A stretch of 44,020 bases of DNA from a virus. Under the pieces are notes generated by a model that did not search any database, was not told the DNA's origin, and saw only the letters and a list, made by a program, of their open reading frames with translations. Where the stretch lies: positions 1-44,020 of IMG/VR virus record IMGVR_UViG_3300035156_000050, one strand, 5' to 3'. This document shows positions 16,353-23,540 of the stretch, one piece after another (within the stretch, counting starts at the first letter, position 1; each line of letters opens with the position of its first letter). Both the position numbers and the translations under genes were made by a program.

Positions 16353-16439
16353 AAAAAAAACCGACTTTGGCTTTCCGTGCTCGATGTCTGGTGACGGCCA
16401 GATGGGATTTACCCTATCGAACACAGAAACCGAAGTCGG
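16353..16439 (-). terminator. Long imperfect hairpin followed by U8 on the minus strand; probable intrinsic terminator of the leftward early operon and/or structured RNA
   Basis: Arms 16361-16385 (ccgactttggctttccgtgctcgat) and 16416-16439 (atcgaacacagaaaccgaagtcgg) are inverted repeats with 3 transition mismatches and 1 indel. Two small apical hairpins lie inside (tctgg/ccaga 16387-16402; ggg/ccc 16404-16414). A8 at 16353-16360 gives U8 directly after the stem on the minus strand. Confidence 0.55.
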
Positions 16440-16522
16440 CTCTGGTTTTTGTCAACGCCGTCACATCAACAGAAACAATTGTGCCTGTGTATTTGATCCC
16501 GGTCAACAGGATTCGCGGAACT

Positions 16523-16705
16523 TTATATAAATTTCCACCCAACAAGCTGCGAGTACCCTTCGACCTTGTGCAAACCGTCGGCTTTGTCCACGAAAACGGA
16601 CAGAACAGCCTCCGATCCGTCTTTTCTGACGCCGATCAGCTGGAAGCCTTCCTTGTTTGGAATGCTGGCCAGCGGGCGAAGCGTTGGCTTTCTGTCGTAT
16701 CTCAT
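16523..16705 (-). CDS. Small hypothetical protein
   Basis: 60-aa ORF whose ATG overlaps the rusA stop (ATGA). It is the last gene before the hairpin/T8 element. Confidence 0.5.
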   Translation of the reverse strand: MRYDRKPTLRPLASIPNKEGFQLIGVRKDGSEAVLSVFVDKADGLHKVEGYSQLVGWKFI

Positions 16706-17304
16706 GATGCGTTCTCCAGTAGGTCAGATTGCGGTTGCGGTGTCTCGATCGCCGTCACGCGCAGCAGCACGCGGGCGCCTTTCTCGTCGGGTTCCATGCG
16801 CTGGCTGGAAATGCGGCGAACCCATTTGTCATCTTCGATCACGATGTCCTTGATTGAATCCAAGAGCACCTTGTTCGCGTTGTCCAGGTCGATCGAGCGC
16901 ACGCCGTCGTCCCAGTTCACGCCCAGTTTGCGCTGGCGCGCTTGCCAGTCCAGCGGACGGTTCGGGTAAAGCCAGATCTCCAGCTGCACCCGCCCCGTGA
17001 TCGGCGCCTGAATGCCGGCGGCGCGCGCCAGCGTCAAAACCTGCGCCTTGTACGATCGCGCCTCGTGCGTCACGTAGGTCATGGCCATGGCCGGTTTGCC
17101 CTTCGGCTTAACGACGCGCGTGCCCCAGTAGGCATTGGCGGATACAGGATAGGGCAACACCAAAGTGATCTTCTTGATACGCAACGTGCCCTGCTCTGCG
17201 CGCCACTCGTCGCGCCGCCGGCAGTTTGTTGGATCGCTTCCAAACTTGAGGCACGAGCATTCCCCTGTACCTGGCCGTCCGCAAAATTCGGTTTCTTGTG
17301 TCAT
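16702..17304 (-). CDS. rusA: RusA-family Holliday junction resolvase with a ~45-aa Cys4 N-terminal extension
   Basis: LPYPVSANAYWG and DLDNANKVLLDSI match RusA motifs (LPWPPSNN.., DLDN..K...D). The product is 200 aa versus about 120 aa for E. coli RusA. The start overlaps the upstream stop (ATGA), which supports the long form. Confidence 0.85.
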   Translation of the reverse strand: MTQETEFCGRPGTGECSCLKFGSDPTNCRRRDEWRAEQGTLRIKKITLVLPYPVSANAYWGTRVVKPKGKPAMAMTYVTHEARSYKAQVLTLARAAGIQAPITGRVQLEIWLYPNRPLDWQARQRKLGVNWDDGVRSIDLDNANKVLLDSIKDIVIEDDKWVRRISSQRMEPDEKGARVLLRVTAIETPQPQSDLLENAS

Positions 17305-17687
17305 GTGATCAGTCCCTTCTGTCGGAGAATTTCATGGGTTGCGTCGCGCGCACGGACAAAAGCCGCGTCGAGCAAAAGTAGGGTCAGCCAGCTGGGCCGT
17401 GGCCGCCGGCCGTCCAGCACGTCATGGCAGGCGCTGCACCCAAAGCACGCCGCGATGTCCGGCGCCTTCAAGCCCATGCCCTTGCCATCGGCCAGCTGGT
17501 TGGAATGGCACAGCACGACAGTGGCCGGATCGAAGTTGCAAACGCCCGGGATCTGCAGCGTGCAGTCCTGGCCAGCGGCAGCGCGCCGGATCGGCGTCAT
17601 GCGCGGGCCGCGCGACTTCATTGGCTTGCGCTCGCCAGGCGCTTTGCGTTTGAAGCCGGTAGGCTTGAGTGGAGTACGGCGCATCAT
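17301..17687 (-). CDS. DUF1364 (YbcO-like) protein
   Basis: GQDCTLQIPGVCNFDPATVVLCHSN...KAPDIAACFGCSACHDVLD closely parallels E. coli DLP12 YbcO (RECQVRIPGVCNGNPETSVLAH...KPPD...ACSACHDEID). It is adjacent to rusA, as in lambdoid nin regions. Confidence 0.8.
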   Translation of the reverse strand: MMRRTPLKPTGFKRKAPGERKPMKSRGPRMTPIRRAAAGQDCTLQIPGVCNFDPATVVLCHSNQLADGKGMGLKAPDIAACFGCSACHDVLDGRRPRPSWLTLLLLDAAFVRARDATHEILRQKGLIT

Positions 17688-18214
17688 GGCTGTGACTCCT
17701 GCTCATAACTGCTAATAATTTTCTCGATCCCCTTCTCAGCCAGGAACACGGCGACGTCCGGAAACAGATACTTGGCCGCGTGCTCGGTGCGCAGAAACGC
17801 CCGCACGCCCTCGTCGTACGCCACGAACTCGTCTTCGCTGCAATCGTTGAAGTTGGTCGACTTGGGCACCGGGAACACGCCGCCCTTCGGACCAGGCATC
17901 CAGTGCACAAACCCGCTGCCCACTTTCAGCCACAGCCGGAACTGCTCAAAGTCCGCCAGGCGCTCCTGCGACTTGAACACATCGCTGATCATCTTCATGT
18001 GTTTGCGGTGCCGCCAGCCCTGCCGTGGCCGCTCCAGCTTGATGCTCACGTACTCGCCTGCCGCGCACTTGTTCATGCCGCGCCAGAACCGGTTCCATGC
18101 CTTCGTGTCCTTCTCCGTGGCGCCGCTGAAATACTCAAACAGAAACCGGCGCACGATGGGCGCGTCGGCTTCGGAGAGCTCGGCGTCCGTCTGTTTCACC
18201 AGGATGATCTGCAT
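17684..18214 (-). CDS. DUF1367-like protein
   Basis: Start set at ATG 18214 (MQIILVKQTD...), just after the HTH gene stop. RHRKHMKMISDVF and STNFNDCSEDEFVAY loosely parallel the DUF1367 motifs (FHRKFFaLL; SIaF..MDE.EF). Confidence 0.45.
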   Translation of the reverse strand: MQIILVKQTDAELSEADAPIVRRFLFEYFSGATEKDTKAWNRFWRGMNKCAAGEYVSIKLERPRQGWRHRKHMKMISDVFKSQERLADFEQFRLWLKVGSGFVHWMPGPKGGVFPVPKSTNFNDCSEDEFVAYDEGVRAFLRTEHAAKYLFPDVAVFLAEKGIEKIISSYEQESQP

Positions 18215-18216
18215 GA

Positions 18217-18483
18217 TTATTCGCCGGCCGAATCGTTCACATGCTCGCATTCCAGGCGAGCGACGCGCTCCGCGTCTTCCAGCTCATCCACGCGTTTCAG
18301 TGACCATTTTGTCTTGCGCATGATGGCCACGCGCACCAGATCCGTCACGGCCAGCTTGCCGTGGCGCATGCGGCTAATGTGACTTGGCTGCACACCGAGC
18401 GCGTCGCACATTGCCCGATCGTTCTTAAATCCTTTTTCCTTGATCACTGCATCGAACAAGGCATGCTTTTTTGCTGCTTCCAT
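18217..18483 (-). CDS. Cro/Ner-like HTH early regulator
   Basis: 88 aa with HTH NDRAMCDALGVQPSHISRMRHG. It is the first gene of the leftward operon, beside the AT-rich divergent region, with AAGGAAAAA upstream. Confidence 0.6.
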   Translation of the reverse strand: MEAAKKHALFDAVIKEKGFKNDRAMCDALGVQPSHISRMRHGKLAVTDLVRVAIMRKTKWSLKRVDELEDAERVARLECEHVNDSAGE

Positions 18484-18671
18484 GGTCTGTTTTTCCTTAA
18501 TGGTTGGGTGAGTGCTGCTATACGCAGATTAGCACATTACGTTTTCTATGCGCAACGAGTTTATTTCACACGAACATTTGAATAATTGTTGTGCCGAAAT
18601 CTGAATGTGTGTAAGCTGATGTTTGTCGGAACCAAACCCCCGCCCTTCGGGCACATTACTGAAAGCAGATT
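18484..18671. promoter_or_regulatory. Divergent early control region
   Basis: 188-nt AT-rich gap between oppositely oriented first genes. It contains an imperfect palindrome (GTGCT at 18512-18516 and AGCAC at 18531-18535; also TGCTA/TAGCA) and a repeated 9-mer GCACATTAC at 18532-18540 and 18651-18659. A possible leftward promoter is TTGCGC-N18-TAATCT on the minus strand. Confidence 0.5.
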
Positions 18672-18830
18672 ATGAAAACCAATCACCAGTTTGGCCTTTA
18701 CTTCACAACAACACCCACTGGCGCGCGCTTTTTTGTGATGGACGATTTCGGCAACGCCGTACACGTGTGTCACGCAAAATGGTTCCAGGCTGCCGAATTT
18801 ATCTTTTCCGGATTCGATTCGAAGCACTGA
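18672..18830 (+). CDS. Small hypothetical protein (52 aa, below ORF-track cutoff)
   Basis: Hand-translated as MKTNHQFGLYFTTTPTGARFFVMDDFGNAVHVCHAKWFQAAEFIFSGFDSKH*. It is preceded by gaaagcagatt, similar to gaaagctgatc before the next gene's ATG. Confidence 0.4.
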   Translation: MKTNHQFGLYFTTTPTGARFFVMDDFGNAVHVCHAKWFQAAEFIFSGFDSKH

Positions 18831-18908
18831 TCCATCGCAACCACAGAACACCAAACGCCGCGCCCGACGCGGCTTTGTCGACAGTACCCACCCTATCGAA
18901 AGCTGATC

Positions 18909-19124
18909 ATGAAATATATTCGTTGGCCTACCCTGTGCATGCGCTGCGGCAGCACGGAACACACCTCTGATGAATGCACCCGCATCCCGCCGCAGATGGG
19001 CATGTCCGATCAGGAGCGCGCTTACTCCATGGAAGTCAGCCAGGACGCGAAAGCAATGATCCTGCTGATCGTATCTGTGATCGCTGCTCTGATGATCTTT
19101 GCCGCGCTGGAGGTGACGCCATGA
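18909..19124 (+). CDS. Membrane-anchored CCHC zinc-knuckle protein
   Basis: 71 aa. C10-x2-C13-x4-H18-x4-C23 (CMRCGSTEHTSDEC) is followed by a C-terminal hydrophobic helix (AMILLIVSVIAALMIFAALEV). Confidence 0.6.
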   Translation: MKYIRWPTLCMRCGSTEHTSDECTRIPPQMGMSDQERAYSMEVSQDAKAMILLIVSVIAALMIFAALEVTP

Positions 19125-19303
19125 TTGATCTGCCATTTGCGGACGACGAACTACCCATGGACATGCGCGAACGAGCCCAGCAGATCGCCGCAGAAGTCCG
19201 CCTGCGTGTGGTGCCATGCACCTGCGCCGCATGCGTGATCCAGCAGAACCTGCCAGCGGTACAGCGCATTCTGGCTGCGGCCCGCGCGAGGTTGACGCCA
19301 TGA
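19121..19303 (+). CDS. Small hypothetical Cys-containing protein
   Basis: 60 aa from ATG 19121 (MIDLPFADDELPMD...PCTCAACV...). ATGA overlap with the upstream gene. Confidence 0.5.
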   Translation: MIDLPFADDELPMDMRERAQQIAAEVRLRVVPCTCAACVIQQNLPAVQRILAAARARLTP

Positions 19304-19530
19304 GCTGCGAAAAATGCCTGCACCCCGATCTGGGATACAACACGGGCGAGATTGGCCAAGGTGGCTATCTCGATTGCGCTTGCGGCGTGGCCGACGAACG
19401 GGCCGCATTTGAAGACCTGATGACGAAACAGCGCCGGCTGCCGCTTGATGCGCGCGACTGGCACGCTTACCAGCTCGGCAAAGCTGCCGCCCTTAAACAA
19501 CTCACCACCAACCAGAAAGCTACGAAATGA
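19300..19530 (+). CDS. Small hypothetical Cys-rich protein
   Basis: 76 aa from ATG 19300 (MSCEKCLHPDLGYNTGEIGQGGYLDCACGV...), with CxxC...CxC. ATGA overlaps on both sides. Confidence 0.5.
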   Translation: MSCEKCLHPDLGYNTGEIGQGGYLDCACGVADERAAFEDLMTKQRRLPLDARDWHAYQLGKAAALKQLTTNQKATK

Positions 19531-20426
19531 ACGCACTTGCTACCCAAACCGCCGGCACCATGACCGCCGTCCCAGAAGATGATCTGATCCGCGTCCTGCA
19601 GAACTCGCAGTATCCGGGCGCCCAGATCGGATCTGTCCAGCTGGTGCTGGGATACTGCCAAGCCGCCGGCCTTGATCCGATGCAGAAGCCGGTCCACATC
19701 GTGCCCATGTGGGACAAAAACACCCGCGCCATGCGCGACGTGATCATGCCTGGCATCAGCCTGTACCGTACCCAGGCTGCGCGCACGGGCGAACACGTAG
19801 GCACCGACGAACCGGTATATGGTCCCATGATTGATCTGCCTGTGACCGGTGGCACGGTCCGCGTGCCTGAATGGTGCAGCGTCACCGTGTGGCGCATGAA
19901 GTCCGGCATCCGTTGCGCATTTGTCGCGACCGAATACTGGGAAGAAAACTACGCTGTCGCTGGCAAAGACACCACTGCGCCGAACGCTATGTGGAAGAAG
20001 CGCAGCCGCGGCCAGATCGCCAAGTGTGCGGAAGCCCAGGCGCTGCGCAAAGCCTTCCCGGATACCGTCAGCAGCGCGCCGACCGCCGAAGAAATGGAAG
20101 GCAAGAACATGACGGCAGAGATCGACATTACGCCAGCGCCAGCCGCAAAGCTGTCGCAGGACTGGCTGGGCGCCGTAGCTGAATGCAAGACGGCCAAAGA
20201 GGTGACCGCAGTATGGGCCGCCGGCGTGAAGGAAATCCAGGCCGCTGGCGACAAGCAAATGTATGACCGATTCAAAGCGTTGGTCGGTGAGCGAGGAACC
20301 GCATTGAAGGCGGCAGCAACAGCGCCAGCGGCAGAGCCCGAGACGGATACGGAAGAGACAGCCGAGCCGATGACCGACGAACAGATCGAAGCCGCCGACC
20401 TGGCGCGCACTGGTGGCCAGCCATGA
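19527..20426 (+). CDS. recT: RecT-family single-strand annealing protein
   Basis: 299 aa. GYCQAAGLDPMQKPVHIVPMWDK..., ISLYRTQAARTGE and MWKKRSRGQIAKCAEAQALRKAFPD are characteristic RecT-family blocks. Confidence 0.85.
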   Translation: MNALATQTAGTMTAVPEDDLIRVLQNSQYPGAQIGSVQLVLGYCQAAGLDPMQKPVHIVPMWDKNTRAMRDVIMPGISLYRTQAARTGEHVGTDEPVYGPMIDLPVTGGTVRVPEWCSVTVWRMKSGIRCAFVATEYWEENYAVAGKDTTAPNAMWKKRSRGQIAKCAEAQALRKAFPDTVSSAPTAEEMEGKNMTAEIDITPAPAAKLSQDWLGAVAECKTAKEVTAVWAAGVKEIQAAGDKQMYDRFKALVGERGTALKAAATAPAAEPETDTEETAEPMTDEQIEAADLARTGGQP

Positions 20427-20695
20427 AGCCTTACCTCACCGCAGAGCAGGTTTTTCAGCTCAACGAGAAACACGGATTGTTCCACTACGGCGAGGCACAA
20501 AGCGACGTGAGCAAGGCATTTGCGCAAGATGCCATCGAAATGCACGAGCGCATGCGCGCTGCCGCGCCTGATCTGCTGGCTGCGCTCAAAGCCTGCTACG
20601 ACCTTATCGCCGAGGAGTGCGCAGATGGCGAGTACACGTTGCAAGCAGAGCAGGCCCGCGCCGCCATCGACAAGGCTACCGGGAGTGCATCATGA
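20423..20695 (+). CDS. Hypothetical protein
   Basis: 90-aa ORF between recT and the exonuclease gene, with ATGA overlaps on both sides. Confidence 0.55.
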   Translation: MKPYLTAEQVFQLNEKHGLFHYGEAQSDVSKAFAQDAIEMHERMRAAAPDLLAALKACYDLIAEECADGEYTLQAEQARAAIDKATGSAS

Positions 20696-21450
20696 TCTTT
20701 ATCAAAGCCAAGCAAGGCACGCCGGAATGGCATCAGGCCCGCTGTGGCGTGGTCACCGCGTCGCGCTTCGCTGACGCCATCAGCATGGTGGGCGCGCTCG
20801 ACGAGAAGCAGCAGAAGTATGTCGATGCTTTCCGCGAGTGCAACGACGCCAAGAAAGCCGCAGCAATTGCCGGATACAAAGCACCGCCGAGCGCCGAATC
20901 TGTTAAACGCGTGCTGGAAGGTGGCCAGGCCGGAATCCCGTCTGACACCGCACACCGCTATGCTGCGGACGTGGCCATGGAGCAGGTAAGCGGCCAGCCA
21001 CAAGGCGAGCCACCGAAAGCGTGGGTTCTCGAGCGCGGTCACGAAATGGAAGCCAAAGCGCGCATGCTGTACGAAGCGCGAACTGGCGCCTATGTCACCG
21101 AAGCAGGCATTTGCTTGACCGACGATCGCCTGCACGGTTACAGCACGGACGGGCTGGTGGACGATGATGGCCTTATCGAGATCAAGGCGCCGATCGACAC
21201 TATCAAGATTTACAACATGCTGCGCACCCAGGACACGGCAGAGTACGCGCACCAAATGTTCGGCGGCATGTGGATCACGGGCCGCGCGTGGTGCGATTTC
21301 ATCCAGTACGTGCCGCAGCTGGCCAACAGTGGCAAGGATCTGTTCATCAAACGCATCTACCGCAATGACGTGTTTATTGACGACATGGTGCAGGAGCTCG
21401 CACGCTTCCAGTTGATGATTGCCGAATACAAAATCGCTTTTTCCGCTTAA
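20692..21450 (+). CDS. YqaJ/lambda-Exo-like recombination exonuclease
   Basis: Start at ATG 20692 (MIFIKAKQGTPEWHQARCGVVTASRFADAI), the typical YqaJ N-terminus. ...DGLIEIKAP... provides the PD-(D/E)xK-like core. It is paired with recT. Confidence 0.85.
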   Translation: MIFIKAKQGTPEWHQARCGVVTASRFADAISMVGALDEKQQKYVDAFRECNDAKKAAAIAGYKAPPSAESVKRVLEGGQAGIPSDTAHRYAADVAMEQVSGQPQGEPPKAWVLERGHEMEAKARMLYEARTGAYVTEAGICLTDDRLHGYSTDGLVDDDGLIEIKAPIDTIKIYNMLRTQDTAEYAHQMFGGMWITGRAWCDFIQYVPQLANSGKDLFIKRIYRNDVFIDDMVQELARFQLMIAEYKIAFSA

Positions 21451-21482
21451 CGTTTCACCACCACCACGAAAGGCAAGACCCC

Positions 21483-22151
21483 ATGAGCAAGAACATTGAA
21501 ACCTTCACCCTTGTAAAAGAGCGCCTGTTGCTGGGCAATATCAACATTCGCACCGAGATGCATGGTGACGAGCGCGTGAGCGCGGTCGATATCGCCTTCT
21601 CGTTCGACAGCGCCAACAATATTTTGTCGAAGCTGCACCCGGACCTGCGCGCCACGTTCTACCACGCGGCCGATACGAAGGATCTGGCTGACGCCGACCA
21701 CATGCCGCACCTGCGTTTCCCCCTGATGCAGGGCGTGAAGTGGGAGCTGGAGATTCCGCGCACTCGCCTGTGCTTCCATGACATCGACGGCCGGGACATC
21801 GTGCTGGGCGGCGGCCGCACCAACAAGTTTCATCTGGACATGAAGGAAGGCGGGACCGTCAGCTGGAAATTCCGCTGCCAGTTTTCGGAGCCCGAAGCGG
21901 AGAAGATTGCCGGCTTGATGGGCGTGTTGAATCAGAAAATTCCGGTATCGCTGGAGTGCGTCGACGAGGAAGAGGAAGGCGACAACTTCGACCAGGTAGA
22001 GCAGCTGTCCGCCAGCGGCAAAACGCCGAGCGCCGCACGCCTGGCCGCGGACGATATGTTTAAAGCGCCGCCGGACAAAATGCCAGAATCGGCTGGCTTT
22101 GATACGCCACCGGACGACCCTGATTTTGAGGAAGTAGCCACCGCCGAATAA
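21483..22151 (+). CDS. Hypothetical protein with strongly acidic C-terminal tail
   Basis: 222 aa with a beta-rich N-terminal ~155 aa. The tail is VDEEEEGDNFD...PPDDPDFEEVATAE. It lies directly downstream of the RecT/Exo pair. Confidence 0.6.
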   Translation: MSKNIETFTLVKERLLLGNINIRTEMHGDERVSAVDIAFSFDSANNILSKLHPDLRATFYHAADTKDLADADHMPHLRFPLMQGVKWELEIPRTRLCFHDIDGRDIVLGGGRTNKFHLDMKEGGTVSWKFRCQFSEPEAEKIAGLMGVLNQKIPVSLECVDEEEEGDNFDQVEQLSASGKTPSAARLAADDMFKAPPDKMPESAGFDTPPDDPDFEEVATAE

Positions 22152-22162
22152 TCATTACATAC

Positions 22163-22187
22163 GGCTGTCTGCATCCGGCAGGCAGCC
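22163..22187 (+). other. Intergenic 10-bp stem-loop (no U-run) just upstream of the RBS of 22207..23040
   Basis: ggctgtctgc-atccg-gcaggcagcc, with one G-U pair. It is followed by agcaccAGGAGaaaacaacATG. It could be an RNA processing or stability element. Confidence 0.3.
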
Positions 22188-22206
22188 AGCACCAGGAGAA
22201 AACAAC

Positions 22207-23040
22207 ATGCAACCAATGAACAGAGAAACGCCGCCGTACTGTGTCAAGTGTCTGATGACACACGGCACCCACGCGCCAGGCTGCACGGAGCAGGCGCCCA
22301 TCCAGATAACGACCGAGCAGGCTCGCGAATACCTGATCGGCTTTATGGAACAGCATTTCACCGACAAAACATTCCATCGTTACATCCGCGCTGATCCGGT
22401 GGACGCGCGCCGCCTTGCTGGCGACTTTGCGTGGCAGATGGCTACAGCATTGCGTCATCTGACGGCGCCTGCCCCGGCGCCCATCCAGAGCGCAGAACTG
22501 GCGGAACTGCGCAAGCTGGCAGAGAACGCCGCCAACGCCAAAAGCGCGCTCGATCCCTCCTGGCATCAGTTTCAGGACGCGATGGACGCTATCCTACCGG
22601 CTACGATCCTGCGCTTGCTCGACGCCCTCGCCGCCGTCCCAGCCGCGCAACAGCAGGCGCAGAGCGTGCCGGCTGGGTGGCGCGAAGCCTTCGACCAAGC
22701 GCGGGAAAGCATTTGTGCAGGCGGACTTGCCGAATATGCGCAGCACGAGCGCAGCATTGTTACGCCGCATCTGGACGCGCTGTATGACGAGCTTGACGCC
22801 CTGGAAAGCGCCGCACCGACGCCGCCAGCCGCGACTCCAGCGCGGGAACTGACGGATGCGGAGATTTTGGACTTGGCCTGGCAAAACCAAATTGGCTGGG
22901 AAAGCTGTACCAACTTCACTGAATTCAAAGCTGGCGAGGAAGAAGCAAAGCCCTATCTAGCGTTTGCCCGCGCTATTGCCCGCCACCTCGCTGCGCCACA
23001 AGGCGAGCGCGAGACTGAACAGAAGCAGGGGGAGCTATGA
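22207..23040 (+). CDS. Hypothetical protein
   Basis: 277-aa ORF with AGGAG upstream. The N-terminus has C-x2-C...H...C (YCVKCLMTHGTHAPGC). The remainder is Ala-rich and helical. Confidence 0.6.
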   Translation: MQPMNRETPPYCVKCLMTHGTHAPGCTEQAPIQITTEQAREYLIGFMEQHFTDKTFHRYIRADPVDARRLAGDFAWQMATALRHLTAPAPAPIQSAELAELRKLAENAANAKSALDPSWHQFQDAMDAILPATILRLLDALAAVPAAQQQAQSVPAGWREAFDQARESICAGGLAEYAQHERSIVTPHLDALYDELDALESAAPTPPAATPARELTDAEILDLAWQNQIGWESCTNFTEFKAGEEEAKPYLAFARAIARHLAAPQGERETEQKQGEL

Positions 23041-23540
23041 GCCGCAGCGGATATTCAGACGATTACGGCGACGACGATCCACTGGCTCTCGGCCGGTATC
23101 GCGCACAGGTCGCATCAGCAATCAGGGGGAGGCGCGGCCAGGCGCTGCTGCGCGAACTCCGCGCGGCGCTGGACGCAATGCCGGTGAAAGAGCTTGTAGC
23201 TGGCGAACTGGAAGCGGAAGGACAGTTCTGTGCGCTGGGTGTCGTCGGCCAGGCACGAGGCCTGAACCTTGCTGCCATCGATACCTACGACGTGGAATCT
23301 CTCGGCCCCAAGTTCAACATTGCCGAGCAGCTGGCCCGCGAAATCATGTGGGTGAACGACGACCACGTTAGCGCGCACAAGTGGGTCGAGGTGGAGATTT
23401 GCGGCCCGGTCCGCCCCTATTATCCAGAATGGGGCAGGCATCGGACTGGCATAAGCATGCCGAACGAAAAGGCAGGGGCGCAGCGGTGGCAATGCGTGCG
23501 CGATTGGACTGAAAAGCATATTACGAAGGAACCAGCATGA
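23037..23540 (+). CDS. Hypothetical protein
   Basis: 167-aa ORF with an ATGA overlap. It has an acidic N-terminus (DDYGDDDP). No family recognised. Confidence 0.6.
   Translation: MSRSGYSDDYGDDDPLALGRYRAQVASAIRGRRGQALLRELRAALDAMPVKELVAGELEAEGQFCALGVVGQARGLNLAAIDTYDVESLGPKFNIAEQLAREIMWVNDDHVSAHKWVEVEICGPVRPYYPEWGRHRTGISMPNEKAGAQRWQCVRDWTEKHITKEPA

Noticed and set aside
16361-16439. Possible tRNA or tRNA-derived attP core in the 80-nt structured element (a GTTCGAT motif is present on the minus strand)
   Set aside because: It cannot be folded into a cloverleaf. The GTTCGAT sits in the 5' half, the candidate anticodon hairpin has a 6-nt loop, there are no D or T arms, and there is no CCA context. 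No integrase is present that could use an attP.
16353-16439. P1 c4-like antisense RNA acting on the downstream 68-aa ORF
   Set aside because: I looked for complements of the two apical loops (UAAAU and CCGUCA) around the RBS and start of 15873..16079 and found none. The analogy is kept only as something a covariance-model scan could test.
16310-16969. 219-aa plus-strand ORF spanning the hairpin element and the 3' part of rusA
   Set aside because: It starts with a non-ATG codon inside the non-coding island, runs antisense to rusA and the 60-aa gene, and has no RBS or recognisable sequence features.
17422-17910. 162-aa minus-strand ORF overlapping the DUF1364 and DUF1367 genes in another frame
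   Set aside because: Both overlapped genes have family-level motif support and ATGA coupling. The alternative frame is an Arg/Cys/Ser-rich shadow ORF.
18623-18970. 115-aa plus-strand ORF spanning the start of the rightward operon
   Set aside because: It overlaps two better-supported short genes (the 52-aa ORF, and the 71-aa CCHC protein with similar gaaagcNgat leaders). It has an Arg-rich composition and no RBS.
18561-20258. 260-aa and 263-aa minus-strand ORFs opposite the rightward early genes (including recT)
   Set aside because: They are antisense to well-supported genes (RecT motifs, ATGA-coupled small genes) and have Arg/Ala/Gly-rich junk composition.
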